Assembly: GCA_043754515.1 (NCBI GenBank)
Contig: JAYUUO010000107.1
Span: forward strand, 1 to 13,248
Source: Armatimonadota bacterium
GTDB lineage: Bacteria; Armatimonadota; Armatimonadia; Armatimonadales; Armatimonadaceae
DNA length: 13,248 nucleotides
Direction: 5' to 3'
Shown here in pieces: positions 8,976-13,248 of the stretch (positions are counted from its first letter, which is position 1; each line of letters starts with the position of its first letter). A program made the position numbers and the translations under genes. The notes beneath the pieces are model-generated. The model saw only the letters and a list, made by a program, of their open reading frames with translations. It was not told the DNA's origin and made no database searches.

Positions 8976-9005
8976 GGGTGTTATTTAAACTGCCGCGATT
9001 CCTAC

Positions 9006-10229
9006 TCACAAATCGCCGAGCGCGACCGGTTCGAGCGCGACGCCATTCACCGTCGGGGTACCGCCTCCGTTCGTGAGCGTATTGTCCACCTTGTACCGAC
9101 CGCCGGTGCTCGGGTCAGACCACGTCCCTTTGTCGCGCATGTAATCGCTCCACGCCTCGCTGACCTTCGTGTTAACCGCCGCGTTGCTCTGCCCACCGCT
9201 CGTAATGATCTCCGACATTCCGCGTAGCGAAGCCGCCGCCGCCATCAGCCGCTCTTTGAAGACCGCCGGATTGATGCTGTAGGTTCCCCACGCCTGGAGC
9301 ATCGCCGGAAACTGCGTCCGATAGTGGGCGGGAGAGGAGTTGATATAGGACTGATAAAAAAGTGCCTGGTTCACATCGGTCGGCATAATGGCGAACAGGC
9401 CGAAGCCCTCTATCGTCTTGTCTTTCACCGTGAGTTGGTAGCGAATAAACGCCGCGCGGCCGTTCTGCCAGTCGCGCACCGGCTGCGTGTCAATGATCTT
9501 CATGACGATCCGGGTCCCGGCCTTCTCGCCTATAAAGCGAACGTAATCAACCGTCGCCCGCACCGGATCGTCGAAGTCAACGGCGGCGGTGCCGGGGAAC
9601 ATACCCGCCGCCTCGTGACGCGTGCAGATTGCAGCGGCACCGAGTGCCATTACCGCGCCGTTGGGTCCGACTATATCGAGGGTGCCTTTGTAGGCACCGG
9701 TGATCAGAAACCCGGACGGGAGGCTGATCCGCGCGCTACCGTCGGGCGCAGTGTGACTGGTGAGTTTGACCAGCCCGCCCGCCCACCGCCGCGCGCCGCC
9801 CCCGCCGCCCGAAGTCTTCTTCGACCGCATTCCGCCGAACGATTTTGCGAACGTTCGGGCGTCATCGAACATCAGCGTGCCCTGCCCCGCCCCACCTTTC
9901 ATTGTCACCGCGACTATCCCACGCACGGGAACGCCTCTCAATCGCGCGATAAACGCGGCTTGCAGGTTCTGGTCGTCCGGGTCGGCGAAGGCGCGCGTGA
10001 CGGTGATCGGCTTGTCGAAGTACTCGCCCAACATCATTTTGAGCGCGGTCAGCATCTTCCGCGCCGACGCGGTCCCGCCCATACGCGAAGTCAGAATGCG
10101 CCCCTTCCCGGCGGACGGCACCTCCAGCATCCCACGGGGCGCGGGCTTCCTCGGGAGTTGGGCGAGCGACGGCACCGTCGCGCAAAGTGTCAGGGGTGCC
10201 AAAAGAAAGAAACAGGATAGTGTTTTCAA
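9006..10229 (-). CDS. Secreted hypothetical protein
   Basis: The ORF track starts at 10316, but an in-frame TTG at 10229 has AAGGA 8 nt upstream and gives a signal-peptide-like N-terminus MKTLSCFFLLAPLTLCATVPSLA|Q (407 aa). An internal Gly-rich linker (KKTSGGGGGA) suggests two or more domains. Confidence 0.78.
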   Translation of the reverse strand: MKTLSCFFLLAPLTLCATVPSLAQLPRKPAPRGMLEVPSAGKGRILTSRMGGTASARKMLTALKMMLGEYFDKPITVTRAFADPDDQNLQAAFIARLRGVPVRGIVAVTMKGGAGQGTLMFDDARTFAKSFGGMRSKKTSGGGGGARRWAGGLVKLTSHTAPDGSARISLPSGFLITGAYKGTLDIVGPNGAVMALGAAAICTRHEAAGMFPGTAAVDFDDPVRATVDYVRFIGEKAGTRIVMKIIDTQPVRDWQNGRAAFIRYQLTVKDKTIEGFGLFAIMPTDVNQALFYQSYINSSPAHYRTQFPAMLQAWGTYSINPAVFKERLMAAAASLRGMSEIITSGGQSNAAVNTKVSEAWSDYMRDKGTWSDPSTGGRYKVDNTLTNGGGTPTVNGVALEPVALGDL

Positions 10230-10306
10230 TTCGGTCTTCCTTGGGGGGCCGGACGCGGCGAGTTCGTTTTCGTTGCCGCGCTCCGAGCATGAATGATGCT
10301 GGAAGG

Positions 10307-10315
10307 ATTCTACCA
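10307..10315 (-). promoter_or_regulatory. Putative extended -10 sigma70-type promoter (TGGTAGAAT) for the 10229 gene
   Basis: The minus strand reads TG-G-TAGAAT (TGn plus 5/6 match to TATAAT) about 78 nt upstream of the TTG start, in a locally AT-richer patch. No clear -35. Confidence 0.45.
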
Positions 10316-10400
10316 TCTGATTGGCCGATTTAGACAGTTTCTAGATGGTGGGTTTTGGTGGGGGGAGTTGGGGGGTTATGCTGGGGTGCAGGCGACCGGC

Positions 10401-10426
10401 GGGTACGGGTGGTGAACCGTTCCTAC
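10401..10426 (-). repeat. GTAG-type REP-like imperfect palindrome
   Basis: Minus strand GTAGGAACGGTTCACCACCCGTACCC: 5' GTAG followed by stem GGAACGG/CCGTACC with one A-A mismatch. Only one copy in the window. Confidence 0.4.
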
Positions 10427-10485
10427 CGGCGAGCGGGTATCCGGTGCTTCACGCGGGTCTTGCTTCGGGCATGGGCGCGGGGCAT

Positions 10486-10577
10486 GTCGACGTGTGTGTG
10501 TTGTCGCGGTGCGTGTGGTCTGTCGGCGTGTGTGTTGTCGCGGTGCGTGGTCTGTCGGCGCGTGGGGCGGTCTGTCG
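10486..10577 (+). repeat. Degenerate GT-rich tandem repeat (36-, 32- and 20-nt units, recurring GGTCTGTCG)
   Basis: gtcgacgtgtgtgtgttgtcgcggtgcgtgtggtct (10486-10521) / gtcggcgtgtgtgttgtcgcggtgcgtggtct (10522-10553) / gtcggcgcgtggggcggtct (10554-10573). Confidence 0.85.
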
Positions 10578-10895
10578 AGCGTGCCCCCACCCCCTAACCC
10601 CCTCCCCCGCTACGCAGGAGAGGGGGGACAGGACGGGCAGGTGTTTCTTTCATTGGTTCTTGGCTTGTTCGACCTGCGGGACCGACTGACGAGTCGGCTC
10701 GTTTGCCCCACGGCTTGTCGGCAAGCGGCTCGCCCTGGGTAGGGTAGCAACAACAAAAGAAACACCTGCCCGTCCTGTCCCCCCTCTCCTGCGTAGCGGG
10801 GGAGGGGGTTAGGGGGTGGGGGCACGCTCGACAGACCACCCCACGCGCCGACAGACCACGCACCGCGACAACACACACGCCGACAGACCACACGC
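10511..10895. repeat. Long inverted repeat: 140-bp arms (10511-10650 and 10756-10895) around a 105-bp spacer
   Basis: The arms are reverse complements at 139/140 positions; the single mismatch is C10568 vs A10838. Confidence 0.97.
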
Positions 10896-10900
10896 CCAGC

Positions 10901-13248
10901 CTACAAAAGCCGACCCGGAAGCGGCGGGTGCGACAAATCTCGCCGGTTCAACCCGTTCCCGCCCCCCTCCGGCAACGCCGCCTGACGCCGCGACGACGCC
11001 GACAGCGACTCCACCAGGTTTTGTAATCGCTCCGCGAGCCGAGTGAAGCGCGGCGTAACCAGGCGGTTGTTGATCGCCGTTTTCAGCGCGTACTTCGACC
11101 CGATGATCACCGCCATCCTTTTGGCCCGCGTCAGAGCCGTGTAAAGGAGGTTGCGCTGGAGCATCATGTAATGCTGGTTCGCCATCAGGATAATCGCGGC
11201 GGGATACTCGCTACCCTGCGAGTTATGGCAGACGAACCCGCCCCCCGCGACGAAGGAGTGCTCCCCTTCCACCGTGATGTCGTACATGACTCCCATCTCC
11301 CCCGTTTGTACAACGGACACGACAGGGTCGTGAAAGTAATTGTCCGCGAGCGTAAGTCGTGTTGCTCCGGACGGTGAACACGCGTTTAGTCGCAACAACT
11401 CGGCGCAGTCCCGGAGGTGGCGGTACGATAATCGTAATGTCCCACCGCGCACGGATCGGAGAAAGCCGCCGACCTTGATACCGAGCGGGGAGTGGCTAAG
11501 GGTGACACCGCTATCGCGTAAAGTCGCTTGCATGACGGCGGCGAGTCGGTTGCCATGCGGGAGCGTGTCATCGTTGGTTTTACCAGCCCGCTGCTTCGCC
11601 AATACCGCTGTGAGGCGATCCTGTTTGTGCGGCACGGTGAAGCCGACTTGCTCCGCGAACGCCGCGAGCGATGTCCCCCCGACAGCGACGCACCATGCCC
11701 GATCGGTCCATTGTCTGCGCCGTGAGACGATGCCCAGCGAGAGGAGCATCATCTGCACCTCTCGTCCCAACGTTTCCGACGCGGTGACGAAGCGCATCTG
11801 GCGATTCGATCCAGTGCCCGCGCTTCCATCTGTGTCGAAAAGCCCGCGCAGGAACGCCGCCCTGCAAGCAAGTGACCCCGCCCAGAGCACCGCCGGGATG
11901 GACTTCGCATCGGCGACCACGTATTCCAGGCCGATCTCCAGAAGCCAGCGGCGGAATGAGCGGGAGACAACATACAACCGTCGCGCGGGACCATGCCCTC
12001 CATCATAGTGACAGACTCGCAAGCCGTAGCTCGTCAGGATAGACTCGACACGTGCCAGGATGACCGGGTCGGCGTTCGTAAACTCCACGGTCCCGTCCTT
12101 GCGATCCCGATAGGAGCCGTCGCCGATTATAGCACCGAGCAAGTAGCAAAGATGCTCGGTGAGTATTGATGGGACAGGCGGAGGAAGGGCGCGGCGCCCG
12201 GGGAGTTGCGGAGCGGGTGGCAACGCGACATCGGCTTCCGTGCCCGACGGCTTCCGGTTCAAGCACAAGAAATCGCCCGCCCGTAATTCTCCCGCTGTGC
12301 GCCAAGTGCTGGACGGGGCGTCGGGGTTTTGTACCAGAAGCGGGTGTTCCTCAGAAACGTCTATCTGGTACCCGGCCTTCGTCGTCACACGCCAGACTGG
12401 CTTCGCGCCCGTCTCCCACTTCGCGGTGACCGAGCCGAACGCCCCGTTATTGCGTCCTGTCGCGACGCATTCGCCGACACGTAAATCTTTGATCGACACA
12501 AGTCCCTGAGTCGTCCACACCTTCTCATAAGCGGCGATGCATTTATGCGTAGTTAAAGCATAAGCAAGCATCAATTCGTCCACGTCCGAGAACTCGTACT
12601 CCACGGTCTGTTCGGGGTACTTGACGGAAAGCGTCTGCTCCTCCGGGTCAATGCTGAGGATGTTCCCGACGTCGCCGTTGAAGACGTTTTTGTCGTAGTT
12701 GTTGCGCCGTTGCATCACGCGGTCGCCGACGCGGAATGTCACCGGACCGCGTATATGCTCGGGCTTCATCGGCGACGGCGGGTTGAGAACGCCCTGCAAA
12801 ATCTCGTTCAGGTTCTTGCCGCCGAGCGAGCCGCGCTGCATCGGGGTTAGCACCGTAATCTCGTCCGGCTTGAACCCCATGCGCGGGAGCGACAGCGCGA
12901 CCACCCCTTTGATCTTCTCGATGGCCTCCTCCGGCTCGCTGATCTCGATGAACACGCAGTCCGCGCCGTTCTTCGCCTCCGAGGGCGGGAGCAGTTCGGG
13001 GATTTTGCCCTTGTTAATCGCGTGCGCGTTGGTGATGATCTTGCTCTGCGCCGCCTGCCGGAACACCTGCGTCAGCCGCGCCACCGGCACGCGCCCACTG
13101 GTAATCAGATCGTGCAACACGTTCCCCGGCCCCACGGACGGTAACTGGTCCACGTCGCCGACGAAGATCACCTGCGCCCCGTCCGGCACCGCGCGCAGGG
13201 TTTTGTGCGTCAGGTTCAGGTCGAGCATGGAGGACTCGTCAATCACGA
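10901..13248 (-). CDS. recD2: ATP-dependent RecD-like DNA helicase (RecD2, SF1B), intein-containing; 5' part outside the window
   Basis: The window edge falls at Walker B VIDESSM (GTG at 13246 is an internal Val). Also [13 protein letters not shown] (motif III), [44 protein letters not shown] (motif V, split by the intein) and [12 protein letters not shown] (motif VI). Stop TAG at 10901-10903. Confidence 0.95.
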   Translation of the reverse strand, partial: VIDESSMLDLNLTHKTLRAVPDGAQVIFVGDVDQLPSVGPGNVLHDLITSGRVPVARLTQVFRQAAQSKIITNAHAINKGKIPELLPPSEAKNGADCVFIEISEPEEAIEKIKGVVALSLPRMGFKPDEITVLTPMQRGSLGGKNLNEILQGVLNPPSPMKPEHIRGPVTFRVGDRVMQRRNNYDKNVFNGDVGNILSIDPEEQTLSVKYPEQTVEYEFSDVDELMLAYALTTHKCIAAYEKVWTTQGLVSIKDLRVGECVATGRNNGAFGSVTAKWETGAKPVWRVTTKAGYQIDVSEEHPLLVQNPDAPSSTWRTAGELRAGDFLCLNRKPSGTEADVALPPAPQLPGRRALPPPVPSILTEHLCYLLGAIIGDGSYRDRKDGTVEFTNADPVILARVESILTSYGLRVCHYDGGHGPARRLYVVSRSFRRWLLEIGLEYVVADAKSIPAVLWAGSLACRAAFLRGLFDTDGSAGTGSNRQMRFVTASETLGREVQMMLLSLGIVSRRRQWTDRAWCVAVGGTSLAAFAEQVGFTVPHKQDRLTAVLAKQRAGKTNDDTLPHGNRLAAVMQATLRDSGVTLSHSPLGIKVGGFLRSVRGGTLRLSYRHLRDCAELLRLNACSPSGATRLTLADNYFHDPVVSVVQTGEMGVMYDITVEGEHSFVAGGGFVCHNSQGSEYPAAIILMANQHYMMLQRNLLYTALTRAKRMAVIIGSKYALKTAINNRLVTPRFTRLAERLQNLVESLSASSRRQAALPEGGGNGLNRRDLSHPPLPGRLL
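11222..12541 (-). mobile_element. Intein with LAGLIDADG homing endonuclease (440 aa) in RecD2
   Basis: Begins at Cys ([11 protein letters not shown]) and ends FVCHN|S with +1 Ser. Block B VSEEHPLL; block [24 protein letters not shown] helices [11 protein letters not shown] and [11 protein letters not shown]. Removing 1320 nt restores THKSQGSE. Confidence 0.96.

Noticed and set aside
10230..10316. ATG at 10316 as the start of the secreted protein
   Set aside because: It overlaps the putative -10 element and would bury the signal peptide; TTG at 10229 fits better.
10486..10577. Possible mini CRISPR array
   Set aside because: Units are directly tandem with no unique spacers, lengths are irregular, and no cas genes are present.
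10686..10704. Hammerhead-ribozyme-like CUGACGAG core in the spacer
   Set aside because: The following stem is followed by GUUU rather than the required GAAA, and stems I and III cannot be built.
10345..10893. Cys/Val/Gly-rich small ORFs on both strands (10345..10689, 10494..10742, 10594..10893, 10610..10891)
   Set aside because: Translations of the GT-rich repeats and inverted arms; near-identical peptides appear on both strands purely from the symmetry.
10511..10895. Retron msr-msd flanked by a1/a2 inverted repeats
   Set aside because: No reverse transcriptase gene is adjacent, and the arms are far longer than typical a1/a2 repeats.

Overview
GC-rich bacterial chromosomal window; the DUF1592/DUF1552 content is typical of Planctomycetota, Armatimonadota and similar phyla, but taxonomy is inferred only. 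The + strand carries an apparent operon: a 5'-truncated DUF1592-family protein, an unexpected membrane-anchored protein that looks like a secretin-N0/STN plus GspC-HR/PilP fusion, a DUF1552 protein and a small hypothetical protein. The - strand carries, in transcription order: the 3' part of a RecD2-type helicase interrupted by a 440-aa LAGLIDADG intein at helicase motif V; a ~550-bp repeat-rich intergenic region dominated by a 140-bp near-perfect inverted repeat around a structured 105-bp spacer, starting 5 nt after the helicase stop; a secreted hypothetical protein; a pentapeptide-repeat/DUF2087 fusion; and a 701-aa protein with remote BshC-like motifs translationally coupled to a DapF-family epimerase with altered substrate-binding residues. 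All family calls come from motif recognition by eye; no database searches were run.
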